From Clostridiales bacterium (GTDB lineage: Bacteria > Bacillota > Clostridia > Christensenellales > UBA1242), in the NCBI GenBank assembly GCA_015055535.1, contig SVIA01000001.1, positions 15,805 to 79,804 of the forward strand: 64,000 nucleotides of DNA. Reading direction: 5' to 3'. The translations under genes and the position numbers were made by a program. Shown in pieces: positions 31,201 through 41,900 of this stretch. The notes under the pieces were generated by a model. It made no database searches and was not told the DNA's origin. It saw only the letters and a list, made by a program, of their open reading frames with translations. Positions within the stretch are counted from its first letter, which is position 1. Each line of letters begins with the position of its first letter.

Positions 31201-32745
31201 TATTTCAAATTTAGCTTCTGTATTATTTCCAAATGTGTCTAGTTTTGCAACTTCAAAATTAGAAGTAGCATTATTGTATCTTACATATACATCTTCCAAA
31301 CTTCTAACAAATCTACAAGTAATAGTTTTTGTTAATCCTATTTCATCAACCATACTAGCAAGTTCAATACTAGTTGTCGAACCATTTTGCGGAAGAGTAG
31401 CGGCATCTGTTTTTAAATTTACATATAATTTTGTTCCACTTAAAATTGGACTACCTTTTATTACTGTTTGACCATTTTGATATGTTAAATTAATAAATTC
31501 AGCACTATAATTTACAACTTTAAAACGAGTGTCAAAACTGTTTTGTGAACCAACTACAATTTCTAATTCTTGTTTTTTACCATTGTCATATAAAATAGTT
31601 TCTTCAGGTTCTCTTAACCCATTTACACTTATATAAGTAGGATAAGTCTTTATTGTTATTGGAATTTGAACTTCATTAGATTTATACTCTGGTTGAATTT
31701 TGTTTTGAGCATAAACAACTAATGTATTAATTCCATCACGGAAGTTTTGAGATATTGTAAATTTATCGTTACTTATAACATTTTCTTCAATATTAACAAT
31801 ATTATTTTCACTATCTACTAAATAATATTTAATTTCATATGAGTCATCTAAATCTTCATAAATAAAATCGTTATTTTTGAAAATCTTTTTCTTAACTAAA
31901 ACTTCAACAAAATTATAGTTATCTTCTACTCTGTTTGTAGCAAAATTAAATTCTTCTATAACAAAACTATTCGAAGTATTAATTAAAGCAATATCTTTTA
32001 ATTCTTTTAAAACATCGAATTTTATATTACTAACTATAAAGTTATTATCTATTCCGCCAGCAATATAATCTTCATGCATTACATTAACATAAATAGAATC
32101 TACCACACTTCCATTTAAAGTAATATTTTCAATGTTTGGATCAAAAACAAACATATTATTTTCAATTTTAATGCCTTGATAATTTTCACTTAACTGATAA
32201 ACAACATTTCTTTTTGTTGTTGTGCTTGGAGTAAATTTAATAATGTTAGAATTAATCTCTTTATTAACCCCTAAAACAACGTAGTTATTAGATTTAATAT
32301 TTTCTTCAATTTTAACAATATCTTGAGAGATGTTTACATTTAAATTTGTTTTAGATTTACCATCTTTTGTTTGAAAAGTTATATTAACCGTATCTGGATA
32401 TAAAGCTAAAATTTCATATGCATAACCATCTGCAGTTTTTTCTAAAAAATTAACACTAACAATATTATTTTTAGAAACTAAAAAATCTAAACCATTTTCA
32501 AACATTTTATTTTGATCTTCAGCTTTTATAATAACAGTTTTCTTGTTTTCGATAACTTTATAGTCAGGATCATCCGGATCTACTTCTGGTTCAAAACCTG
32601 TAGGCATTTCTAAATCTAAAGTTTCAATAACTTCATTTTCATAATAAACACTAAGCTTTACTGGTTTAAAAGTACAACCAAATAACAGCCCAATAGAACC
32701 CATAAAAATTATTAAAAATGATAATAAAACTTTTTTAATTTTCAT
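22282..32745 (-). CDS. giant surface lipoprotein B (3487 aa): Ig-like beta-sandwich arrays plus four GLUG-motif beta-helix cassettes
   Basis: Uninterrupted 10,464-nt ORF with an AAGGAG SD 5 nt upstream. Signal MKIKKVLLSFLIIFMGSIGLLFG|C. Dozens of GG(L/I/V)(V/A/I)G.N.G.I.N turns (VGGVAGINKGNIYSC, VGGLIGNQTGAVGEI, IGGIVGFNNNGTIVNS). Collinear paralogy with the upstream 6344-aa protein. Confidence 0.85.
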   Translation of the reverse strand: MKIKKVLLSFLIIFMGSIGLLFGCTFKPVKLSVYYENEVIETLDLEMPTGFEPEVDPDDPDYKVIENKKTVIIKAEDQNKMFENGLDFLVSKNNIVSVNFLEKTADGYAYEILALYPDTVNITFQTKDGKSKTNLNVNISQDIVKIEENIKSNNYVVLGVNKEINSNIIKFTPSTTTKRNVVYQLSENYQGIKIENNMFVFDPNIENITLNGSVVDSIYVNVMHEDYIAGGIDNNFIVSNIKFDVLKELKDIALINTSNSFVIEEFNFATNRVEDNYNFVEVLVKKKIFKNNDFIYEDLDDSYEIKYYLVDSENNIVNIEENVISNDKFTISQNFRDGINTLVVYAQNKIQPEYKSNEVQIPITIKTYPTYISVNGLREPEETILYDNGKKQELEIVVGSQNSFDTRFKVVNYSAEFINLTYQNGQTVIKGSPILSGTKLYVNLKTDAATLPQNGSTTSIELASMVDEIGLTKTITCRFVRSLEDVYVRYNNATSNFEVAKLDTFGNNTEAKFEIFSQDDIYIPRYSVTVENENIVSLLNTNYENKTFTLKALTTGKTKVTLNFENGYTKEIEVSVFTPVESFKIDVDEITKNNYLGQIVYEDGILSSFALKVYEKAQLVLKAYDKNNNLILDKNIYTVNYELVNNNNNIIVSNVDNKVSALQETSQDVTVIAKISAKNESGKVIEHSLSFKVSVYIPVKTITLSETYVSLYAESSLGFGDKDLSKASIEVIINPTNASKVDYNKIQYHANFVTDADIETNAVITDKYVLNVIAKDLKNQTVTTTGTITFTIYEFDIIYTRKVTIKVTKPQSPETILLDNINKIEEDGVKQDYLYFNLGQTSEIELNPRVYPLNSYNTNYKVIIKTNPIGEDPILFNQETGKVTPVKAGECELILVPTASFISETDYKENCARKIKVIVADGETIPYKISTKEELLQLCSTNIVEDSNHADRYSKKYILTSDIDMTGENIFPIGVYAVNNNGITQYKKVDFTGSFSGKFTVGNIEKQYTISGLNIVNDFGEVKNLNNLSNEYEYYLGLFAHNKGQITGLNVYYSKIDAVLSVNSDEITSIKENSMNKNYSFYFGAIAGINSGTISSCQVNVYSGTITTYLGNENKANNIGLIAGINTKDAIIESCKASGNLNVLDGFSKYQKSNNLTLNTKLKILVGGLVGENIGSIVDNFNIYSGDNEVFNKDKINVTATLSSVLDNDLLYLNNSCAFGLIVGLNSGTIGDKTNKVGLSTYGQVLAYSNVGGVAGINKGNIYSCFTASTLKANNNVGGLIGNQTGAVGEIINNAVVFLDDNTNNVKIYGEDFVAGLIGSACSITLENNFVTSFVSETKENISLSDVVCNGDNFGGIYCGDGYTNIAIVKNNVANFKLNKASNTYQGSAVGVGIVAPESITVDINDTTLVNADFGFNKFINASVADEKLVVLYYYDLNLANYNNYLQSYIFSITSNYPGNSEENQQLSMIQLESLNKDVLNIDSNGVITVRKPGVAQIHIYSLLNRKAEETITIKVLDAIERVQLFKDSLSKSEITKTLLIEKDTTHNIYLNTALKQDDIYLQYVFDGDYIAINDGKTSTDYYKSVNAQVVRALSSGTTNVTINVFVKINDRYCKIDYLSYNFNIIVSEGLKEANLSVYEGTLVPNSGLDFTLEVQTGLKEYTMFVVEQYDEKNTEGEFLNLKSDKTYTTNGIIYHFKASVKDTTVEKVTLKFFIYDSFVTIDQIKNNVEEYSKHIKTLTIYVDNNNFINLDISYFADGELTKDEFGNDIINVAELESNFIKIGKIGILKLNIYPIENLQSLTVSYSNNDNYNLNFKQVKKSFLGYEDVNTSEISGKTIKLDINKDYIDGSYLYLKLLTDSPINENSEFNLRVNINNSDYYYEKVLTSKLTTNLDISFDNATLNSSGILEGVYARGAKDEQIITLTTYKLNNYIPIPKIVNNLSSSLALISKTVVSEDITVYKYVIENLINNNESFEVYFEIDKLVNNKKEKYLSNTLKLNVVEFVVTNVAVEDVDNNYFTKPYGLDYDLKVKLETINNGHSDVLNKIKDLEAEIAGSCDTNVQTKANYWFNNNEKLAVNNYNNFIISRNNGYFNISPKTIFKGENLASKFAISYKLDNGEFKTWVNTQPIENITNSLYIKDGVCYTNFEQKFGLNFYLQTDINNPVPVYTVEEFLDMKAKSNYILMNDLVLEDYAIKEANFNSFDGNGKTITIKSFNVDLSNTKEEFNFGLFDVITEDALIKNLNIKLDLTTNDLVENSGGYTTIKLSNIKTLYFGALAAKNNGLVYNCSVEKFIVNGNEDVLSINVSNIIEGLQTKAYIASLIAQNNGIISNSRSELKLRTNKGYLSGFVAYNSGTITSSYLKNAIITNLGEDETTSTTAGFVNVNEGDIKYSYVEGESNNVDGGRLLSNQDLSNYCITAPTSVGGFVFENSGNIEDCYANLSITSQSFSGGFVYSNSGTITRCYAANKNENENSEAHAPFIAIKVEINEIEMKKQIKDCFYLNTDKSTINDNLVTGLTLKQFNNEYYLTNFVFDDTGIWMFRDETLTPTLISANDIAESVRSLFNSYVDSSGSAVYTYKYDKYYAGHEKNPTIISSEEEFLAYFTSSLKTNNYFYRLINNINFSAYSNLPTSKYVFSGRLDGNGLTISGISISASSDFDKSSFGLFSEIKQQGSVRPVVKNLILEPLEVYANNVQKVGTIAGSIYNADIINITINAKNIIVQGKNIVGGVVGEVLGNSKIININSDISVNANFVDVLSNENRIYIDGDYVLPENDGKLNNTLINYAGGICGVVNVDSSDDKNENIRNIVVNSGVKTIGQFVGLGFGLICEDSGVDNVKVYADSSSYLNSTYAAGIVVGENRGYISRAETLYSEEEDQELTIFKNRVYIIGGIVGFNNNGTIVNSIARVSTISKHAETTIAGGVVGLAVGGSISSVIAINNVYSSLKIGGIVGQAGIKSNLCSMSINEQKKIVLPDGDEVTIKENNVMYIANAIALNQFREDSLKNEKYIGAMFGAVQNTIQSSGGSVEIAHKISYIMENNYYITHKITWEEPEIANTGDMIYNAYKTQFTALGGEIVYDANGKMVYETKERYIYDYGYYACNVFEDFGFERKNDENSCAKRIGKTLINPFTRFSSNIFDNISNAYVSATNLDYSKIPTLKSTNNINVKKLEGEGTFANPYLVDSVMALNDLAEVVETGNNQIFVNLTDNIEATGKEIKSLGNDIYNFNGTFNGNNNFINGLTYINDIQKYSTSNYFGLFGVVGTKGIISNVNIVANFVINYGKNVQYTGIIAGLNQGYIANCNVYGGVVGRLKQLIDTQTSAINALSYVGGIAGVNIGTSNTRIIGCSNYAIIDFAVQDIEQGITNLTSTTNIKIYAAFIAGANLNKAAINNCKNYQITNYKINSGAEKTIIYSVDNSVTYPLTLIVTNATNNGCKNYIGHTVGYKDAGSSVAEIVYSNDYDYLIYSVDNETNNNGVNVYPNVY
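32674..32745 (-). other. lipoprotein signal peptide of giant B (Cys at residue 24)
   Basis: K-rich n-region, a hydrophobic core of about 17 aa, then L-F-G-C. Confidence 0.6.
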
Positions 32746-32788
32746 AATTTCTCCTTAAAACAAAGATGTTTTAATGTAAAATAACATT

Positions 32789-32839
32789 CGCCAAAGGCGT
32801 GGTGGTGGGTAGTATTTAAAGTGTTTCCCACCATCTCAC
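32789..32839 (-). promoter_or_regulatory. GC-rich structured RNA element in the 176-nt spacer between the two giant genes
   Basis: On the transcribed strand, GGTGGG-N17-CCCACC (7 bp with the flanking U-A pair) is followed by CGCC-UUU-GGCG. A UUAACC-UUUG-GGUUAA hairpin lies just upstream (32846-32861). It is a local G+C island in an otherwise extremely AT-rich spacer. Confidence 0.35.
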
Positions 32840-32921
32840 ATAAATTAACCCAAAGGTTAAATCAACTAAGAATTACTAACTGTAACCGTAAACTTATTTA
32901 ATTATTAACATAATGCTTTAA

Positions 32922-35900
32922 TTATGTAGTCTCAGGTTGTTCTTTTGGCAAAATTTTTATAGTTTCTGTTACAGTAAACCCAATTTTGTTTGCTTGACTT
33001 ATTGGAGTATAACTTACTGTTGCGTTAACATCTCTTGTTTCTCCGCCATAAGTAATTGTTCCATTATGAGTAGCACCCGTATCAATTGATGTGCCATCAC
33101 TTTGTTTCATTATAATACTTTTAACATCTGCGAATGTACTAAAGTTAGTTGAAACATATAATGTATTACCATTAACCAATTCAATTTTTAAATTGTTATA
33201 ATTTATAACAACAAAATTGTTAGAATTAAAGTTAGTAATATTTAAATTGCTATAATTGTCTGCTATAACAGTGCTTCCGTTTTCATCTTTAACTACGGTA
33301 GTTCGAGCAATTTCAATAACAATTTCTTTTCTTGGATTTGTAGGGAATACAATATCAGTCTTGCTTGTATCAACTGATGAATCCTTATTAACAGATCCAC
33401 ATAATTTTTGTGAAGACCCGTTATATTCAATATATTCTATTTGCATAATTTTTTCATACTTTCCCGTAATATCACTATACGCAAATATATAACCAGTATA
33501 AAGTTTATTATTATTGTCTTCACCAATTTCAACTTTTCCGTATTTATAATCAATAATTTTACCAAACCAAGTAGCATCAGTTACAATATTTTCAAACTCT
33601 GCTAAATTTACATTAGCACAAATTAAGAACTCATTATTAACAACTTTTGTCAATAATTTTATTGAAGGAACTAACATTCCAGCAATGGCTCCACCCGTAC
33701 AACTATTTTTATAATCTTCGTTAGGGTTTTCATCATTTATATTTATTGAAACTCCCCCCAAACCTAAATAAGTAACATTCCATCTGTTGTTAATTAAGGT
33801 TATTGTTTTCAAGCTTGATTCTAATAAACCTGCAATAGCACCATAATAAGTTATATTTCCTTGATTATAATCGTTATCCTCTATTCCTGTAGTATTATTT
33901 TTTAATGTACAAATAGCGTTAAAATTAAATATGCAATTAGATAAACTAATATTTAATATAGGATCAACCGAATAACTACTTACACCCGAAACTAATCCAA
34001 CATAATTATTTCTTTGAAGTATAAACTTTTTACCCGATTTAATTGCGTATCCTCCTGTTTGAGAATTGTAATAACAATTTAATCTATCATCAACACTAAC
34101 GTTATTATTATAATTAATTGTTATACCATCTAAGGCAATATTAGAAATAATCCCCGCATTGCTACCAGCAATTAATCCAAAATAATTATCTATTGTAATT
34201 GCACGCTTACTATCTCTATATGTCTCAGAATCTAAATCAATCATTTGTTTAGTAACCGTTTGACTTCCATCTCCATTTTCTACTGTTTCTTGGCCTGCAA
34301 TATCTAACTCTGTAACGCTATATTGTATATTAATATTAGTATTAATTGTAATTTGATTTGCATTAATTATATTGCAATTGTTAATTGTTGCATTTTGCGC
34401 ATTTTGCCCAACAATTAAACCCACGCTTAAGCTATCTGAGCCAGTTATTTGTAATGGATTAGAAGATGAATCGTAGACTATACTTTCTGAAGTAATCATA
34501 CTTGCATACTCAAACTCATAATTAATTGTTAAATCAGAAATTCCGTTTAAATTTAAAGATATATTATTTAATTCACCATTATTATTAGAAACCAACCAAC
34601 CATAAGCATTATAATTATCCATAATATCTATAGTTGTATTTTTAGGGGCCACAATTAAATTTGAAATTTTTGCATATGGAGCCAAATCATAAAATAAATT
34701 ATCTTTTACTATGATTGTTGGCCTATTAACTTCATCAGCTGTAATAGTTCCATTAAAAATTTGTGATTGAACCCATAACATTTCAATAGTTTTTTCATCA
34801 ACAGTATTTTCTCCATTAACTGCTGGGAAAAATATTGGAGCTTTTAAAATAAATTGAGTATCTATAATTTTACCTTTATTGAATGAATTAAAGGCAGATT
34901 CATCCAATGTTTCGGTTTTATAATTATTTTCTGCTAAATAAGTTACATTAATTTTGCTTATTTCATAATCAAAATAATCTAAAGACGTAATTCTTGAATT
35001 ACTTAAATCTATATCGTTTAAAATTTTAAATGTCATACCAGTAAAGTCTATTCCAACATGTGCAATACCATCTGATGTTGTATAAGTAGTTAAAGCATCT
35101 GCAATTATTTCTAATTGTTTTGCATTTATTATTGGATAATATCCTTCAGTTAGTTTTCCAGCATATTCATCAGCGTAGTTATTATATTCTGTTTTCAACT
35201 CTTCTTGAATATTATTCCCAAGTGCCCCTTGCCAATATGACCTATAATTTTCTTCGCTCATTCGTTCTTGTATATATGCTTCTTTAAAGTTCTTTTTGAA
35301 ATTATCATAAGAAACTTTTACATCATTTCTTGCAACATCACCAAAGAATCCATAATTATCAGCAGCAGCTACATCTACAACAAAATCAATATTTTTATTT
35401 GTTAAAAGTGTAACAAGATTTGTTGCTTTACCTTCGCCAGTAATATTTTCGTAAACATCTTCCTTTCCGTTTGCCCCTAACACAACTGTAAATCCATTTG
35501 AAATAATAGTTGAATTACTATAATCATCAGGGTTAATATCAATATCCCAAATTTTTGTAGACATATCTATATTGTCAGTTAAAATAATCTTTTTAGTTTT
35601 GTCGCCATACTCTAACGTCCAAGCTAATTTATTAGCTGAATTTACAACATAATCACCATCAGCATTTGTGTTTGCTGCAGTTTTAGTTTTACTTAAATTT
35701 AAGAAGTTTGTAAGCATAGGTATTAGATTACTATCTTTATCCGTGTCAGAGTTAATTCCCATACGTTTGCTTGCGATATCAATAAATGTTGATTCATATC
35801 CAATGCTATCTTGAACAAAGGTATTAAAATATGGTGAATTATATGCAATATTTTCGTAATTGCTTAAATCTCCTTCTTTGCCCTCTGTATTTGTTAAATG

Positions 35901-38900
35901 ATAATAACTTGTGCCATTGTGTATTTCTTGCGCTGCTTCTAAAGCTAATTCTGCAATCAATAAAATCCATCCCACAGGATTGCTTGCTTTAGCAACTTTT
36001 CCCATATCTTTTGCGACATCAATTGCTTTAGCTCCTTTTTTATAAAACCATTTTGTATATCTTAAAGTTTCTTTTGCGGCTTTTAAAGTTTTTACTCCGC
36101 CTTTAAAAAACCATTTTCCCCATCTTTTTGCAAGCATAATATTCTGAATCAATCCGGTATGCATATAATGATCAACGCCACTAGTTTCCATTCCCCATAA
36201 TTCATCGCTAGTCAAATCAGAGTTTTGTAAGTAATAACAGTTAGATACTATTCCTGATGAATCTGTGGTTGGAACTTCGCAACTAGCGCTTTTATTTCTA
36301 TAATCGCCATTTCTACCCACTATTGGGCCCGTATAATGATGAACATATGAATAGAACGGATACCCTACTAATACTGTTGCAGCAGTACCTAATCCTCCTT
36401 CATCAGCTGAAAATGATTGTGTGCTATTATATACTTTTCCATCTAAATAAGATAGATATGTACAATTTGTAACAGAACCGCCATTAGTAACACCAACAAT
36501 TCCACCAGCAAATACATATAAACTTTTATAAACCCAAGGTATTATTGAACAAGCAGATCCAAAATCAATATCATAACTAATACCATTAGTTTTTAAATTG
36601 ATGACCTCACACTGAGAAAGAGTTCCTGTATTATAACCAGTTATTGTTCCAATATATAACCAAGCAGCAGTACCAGTAGGAGCATCGTAATCATTATAAT
36701 TAATATCAATAAATGTAACGTTACTATTAGTTGCCCCAACTAAAACATTTTGTATTGTTCCACTATTCTCAGCTGCTACAATACCAAATCTTTTTGTCCC
36801 ATCTACCAACTTTATATTTTGCATATTTAAAGTTTCAATTCTACAATCTTGGAAATAAATGTTTTTTATTGTGCCTGCATTTTTGCCAATAAATCCAATA
36901 TGTGTCAAACCAGTATTATCAGCGTTTGGTGTAATAACTAACCAAGAAATTGTATGATAATTACCATTAAATGTTCCGCTAAATGTTTTATCTTGAGTTG
37001 TATTATATAAGTAGTTAGACATATCAATGTCGTCCATTAACTCAACATTCATTGCAGTAGTGCCATCTGCTTGTTTATCCTCTATACAATAATATTGCCA
37101 ATACCATAAGTCAAATGCTGTATAAATTAAGTACGTATCTTTGTCTGCATTTGTTTTTAAAGTATAAAAACTTTCATCTATTAATCTTATACGAAGTAAA
37201 CTTAATTTTACTCCATTTTGTCCAGATATTATATCTAACTTTTCTGCTGAAACAGCCCCTTCAAGAGAAGTTTTATCGTCAGTTGTTTGATCAACAATTA
37301 AATCTTTATTTGCATTAGCTAAATAATAGTACCATTGATTTTCTCCCGTACCGCTTTGGTTTGCTTTAGATATACCAAATGCAATATCATCAATTCCATA
37401 AACAAACTTTTCTTTTGGGTTTAAATCGCTCATTAATTGTAACTGAGATGCCCCTTGTCTATAACCATTACCTATATTATAACAGCCATAAACATTGCTT
37501 CCACTTCCTATTAAGTATAGATATTTGTTAGATACAATGTTTCCATGGTTATAAGAATATAAAATTGTAGAATTTGAACCTATACCACTAGCAGTTGATG
37601 TACTTTCTGCCACAATAAGAACTTGGCCTTTATTTATTGAATATAAAATTTTTGCATTATTAGCAACACCTGATGCATAACGATCAAAAGAACCACCCGC
37701 ACCACTATGAACAATTTTTATTCGTCCTATGTTTTGGCTAAACGATACAATTAAATTCATATTTCCATTTGCTATACCACTAATTTGCGTTTTAACAGCT
37801 CCTTTAGATTTTGCATAAATGTTGCCATTATTATAACATTGAAACATAGAAACATTTTTTGAAGCATATCCAATTATACCTGCCGTAAGGCACTCTTTTT
37901 CAATATTTTCAATAGTTATTGTTGCATTGTTTTTAGCATTATTTACAATGGTATTTGCAGCATAACCAACAACAGCACCAGCATATACCTTTTCAGTTTG
38001 TTCTTTTATTTGAAGTCTTCCTTCTCCAATAGTAATATTTGTTAAAACACTATTTTCAGCTTTATTAACCAATATACCATGTTGTCCAATAACATCATCT
38101 TTGACATTTAATACATAAGGATTTTTTACTGTTATATTAAATAGTTTTGTATTATTAATTTCTTTACTTAAATAAGCATTTTCTTTAGCTACTCCATTAC
38201 CTAAAATTGTTAAGTTAGAAATTGTACCATTTATTACCTTGTCAAAGATTGTTCCTGACTCAACAGTAGTAACAACATTATTTTCAAATATAATTATTGT
38301 ATTATTTAATTCATATGTAGTAATTGTTGTGTTTTGTCCAGAAACCATTACCGTTTTTGTTACTGCAATATTTGTAGTATCAAACTCAACTTTACTACCT
38401 TCCGTTAATGTTATTATATAGAATTTATCATTATGTGGAGTAAATGTATAAGTAGTTCCATCAAACGACATATGTTCTGCAACTTCACCTAAATTGTTAG
38501 CTGTTATTTCCACAACTTTTGGAAGTTTTACCATTTGAGAAGAATTATAACTACCAGCATAAGCTCCAGAATGCAATGCAAATGGGTTGTTGTCATTAGC
38601 AAAACTAGAAAGAATTTCGTGTGTTTCAGATTCACTATTAATATTACTATCACCAACAAAGCTTAATAATTGGCTGTATTTGTTAATCTTAGTAGTATCA
38701 ATTGTAGCACCGCTATTTTTACCAACAATTGCATTAATTGTATAGTATAAATTTGTTGTACCATTATCTTGATAATAACCTAAATAAGAACCGCTATACA
38801 TTGGTTTGCTTATTGTTGAGTTATTAGAAATTGTACCACTTGTTACTGATCCAGCAATACCAGCTATGTTAGCTGAAATACTGTCTGAAACCACAATATC

Positions 38901-41900
38901 TTTTAATGAATAACAAGTATCTATTGTTGTATTTTTAACATTTCCAGCTATTCCACCAGCATTTGTTATAAATCCACAAAAGTTAATTACATCGTGTGCT
39001 GTTTGAGTAGAATGATCAATGTTATCAGCAGAATTAGGAGTCTTAATATACGTATTTAATTCTTTAACATTAATTTCAATATTACTTACACTATTTAAAA
39101 TGTTATTTTCTGAACCATTTAATAAGCCAACTAAACCACCAGCATTTAAATTATAATTACTTGCAAATTGAATTAACTCTTCACTTTTTGCAATAGTTTG
39201 AATTATTCCATCTGCATAACAACCATCTAAATTAACGTTTGCTTCAGCACTTGAAATAATTGAACCAATATTTATATGTTTTTCAGAAATTTCAGCAGTT
39301 AACGTTAAGTTTGTTAATGCAAAATTTTTAATATTTATTACAAGGTCTTTTTCTTGGTTACTGCTATCTGTAAATTTACTTAAATTGTTATAAAATAAAC
39401 CATATTCAAGTGACTCTTCTTCTAATGACTCATTTTTGATTGAAGCGCTGTCAATAACTAGTCCGTTAATAGCATAACCATTACCTAAAATATTTAATGA
39501 TTTTTTAATTTCTTTTGGAGTATATACATAAGCAACTTCATTTACTTTATTTACATTAGCCCCAGGTTCTGCGTCTTCTGGAAGTTTATTTTCATAAACC
39601 AAACCAACAAAACTACGAACTAAATTTATATTAATTTCATCATAAGTATCACATACTGTAAAGATCTTTTCAAATACTCCAAGGTTAATAGCGTTATAAT
39701 ACGTTTTATTATCTACTACTATACTTGTAATTAAAGCATCGTCAATAAAGTCATCGTCTTCATAAATACTTAATTGAGGATAACTATATCCATACAATAC
39801 CCCTAAGTTAGATTCTGTCCAAATCTCACTTGAGTTATTATCTGCCCATAATTTATCATAAATTTCGTTAGTTTTTACATAATTTACACCATTATTATAT
39901 CTATAATCAACATCAAAATTACCGTTTGCAAAAATATCAACATAGTTATTTGCAAATTTAGCATCTGTAGAAGCATTTGCAAAAGAATTATTGTAAATTT
40001 CATAATTATTGTTATCTAATTTTGTTTCTGGTAATGTTACAGCACAAACGTTGTTAACCATAATATCTGCAGCTTGAGAAACAAAACCGGCCATATTAGA
40101 ACACCATTCATTAACAGTGTTAACATTATAATTACTTTCGCCTTGATAAACTTCAATGCTACCAACCGCAATAGAATTTGTGATTGTACTATTATTTATT
40201 GCAACAAAACCAGCAATTTTATTGCCTAAACCTTTAACTGCAACATTAGAATCAACTTCTATCATTATTCTAACATTTGAAGTTACATTATTAATTAAAC
40301 CAGTATTTTCTATTGTCACTGGGGCAAGATGTATATCGCTTTTTGTATACATATTTCCAACAACAACACAGTTAAATAATGTACCATTATTAGCGCCTGT
40401 TACTATTGAATGAATATCCGTTTCGTCTTCTATTATATTTCCATTTGCGTCTGTTGTTTTAATATATTCAACATAATTTATACCATTTATACTAACGTTT
40501 CCTTCTTCTAGTTTAATTACAACACTAGATAGTAAAGCGTTTGGTGAAATGGTTTTTGCTAATGTTTTTGTTGAAACCGTAATTGTTTTTCCATTACCAA
40601 TAATATTACCTTTTAATGCTTCAATTGGAGTTGAAACAATAATATTACTAGTCAATAAATAATATTGATTATCAGAAGTAGAATTTATATCATTATCCTT
40701 TTCTATTGGATCGTAAACACTACCCTCTGTAAATGTTCCATTTTCTTTTGTATAATTATCAACTGTAAGTTGAATATCATCTGTTTCAGTTTCTAAAATG
40801 CTATTAAATACTTCTTTTACACTATTTAATTTAGAATTAACGAAGTTAGAATAGCTAATTGCATTGCCGTAATCAGTATTTCTTACATTTACTTGAGCTA
40901 AATCTTCAATAAAGTAGTAATTTGTAAAATAGCAATCACCCGAAACTCTTCCAATTATACCCGCAATATTAGATAAGCAAGCAGTATAAGCTGTAATTTT
41001 ACCTACAAAATATGTAGGGCTAGTAGATTCGTTTACCGTATTTGCGTTAGCAATTATACCTGAAACATTAAAGTTTTCGTGAGAATCTAATTTAGATGCA
41101 TCTCGAACTGTTATGTTAGTTGCACTTACAGAATTTCCTACAGTACAGTTTTTTGCAAAAGCAATTAAACCAGCAACATTTGCATTTGTTGTATCGTCTA
41201 GTTTCATTTTCACTGATAAAGCATTTCCAACATAAATATTTTTTGCTGTAACATTTATTGCATTTCCAATTAATGAAGCAACATTAATTGTAGTTACAGA
41301 GCTAGCGGAAGTTGCTTCAACTGAAATTATACTCTCTACATTGTTTCCTAAAATTGATACTTTATCTATTGTAATTTCATTAGTATTTCGTCCTTCAACA
41401 AAACCAAATAATCCACCAACATGTATATTACAATCAGAAGAATTAGTATAAGTTGAGGTTGTTATATTAATTTGGTTAACTTGAACATTTTTAATGCCAC
41501 AACTTGTTGTCGCTGAAAGTTTTCCGGCTAAACCGCCAACATAAATGTCTTTACCACCTTTAGTAACAATATTTACATTGTTTAAAGTAACATTTTTTAT
41601 ATCACTTTTAATAGATACATTACCAAACACAGCACCAAAATTACCATTAACAAATGTATTTACATTGTTTGTTGGATTTTCTACTGTTAAACTATATTTG
41701 TTTACATTAGCGTTTGTTAATGAAACTGAACCAGAGCCTAAAATTGCTCCCACGTTATGTGTGTTTTTGCTATCTTCATTTGTTTGTGGATAATAATTAG
41801 TTTGTTTGTTGATTGTTAAGTTAGATACTTTTACATTAGTAAGAGTAACCCCATTACCAGTAGTTGATCCAATTACACCACCAACATTTTGAATATTAGT

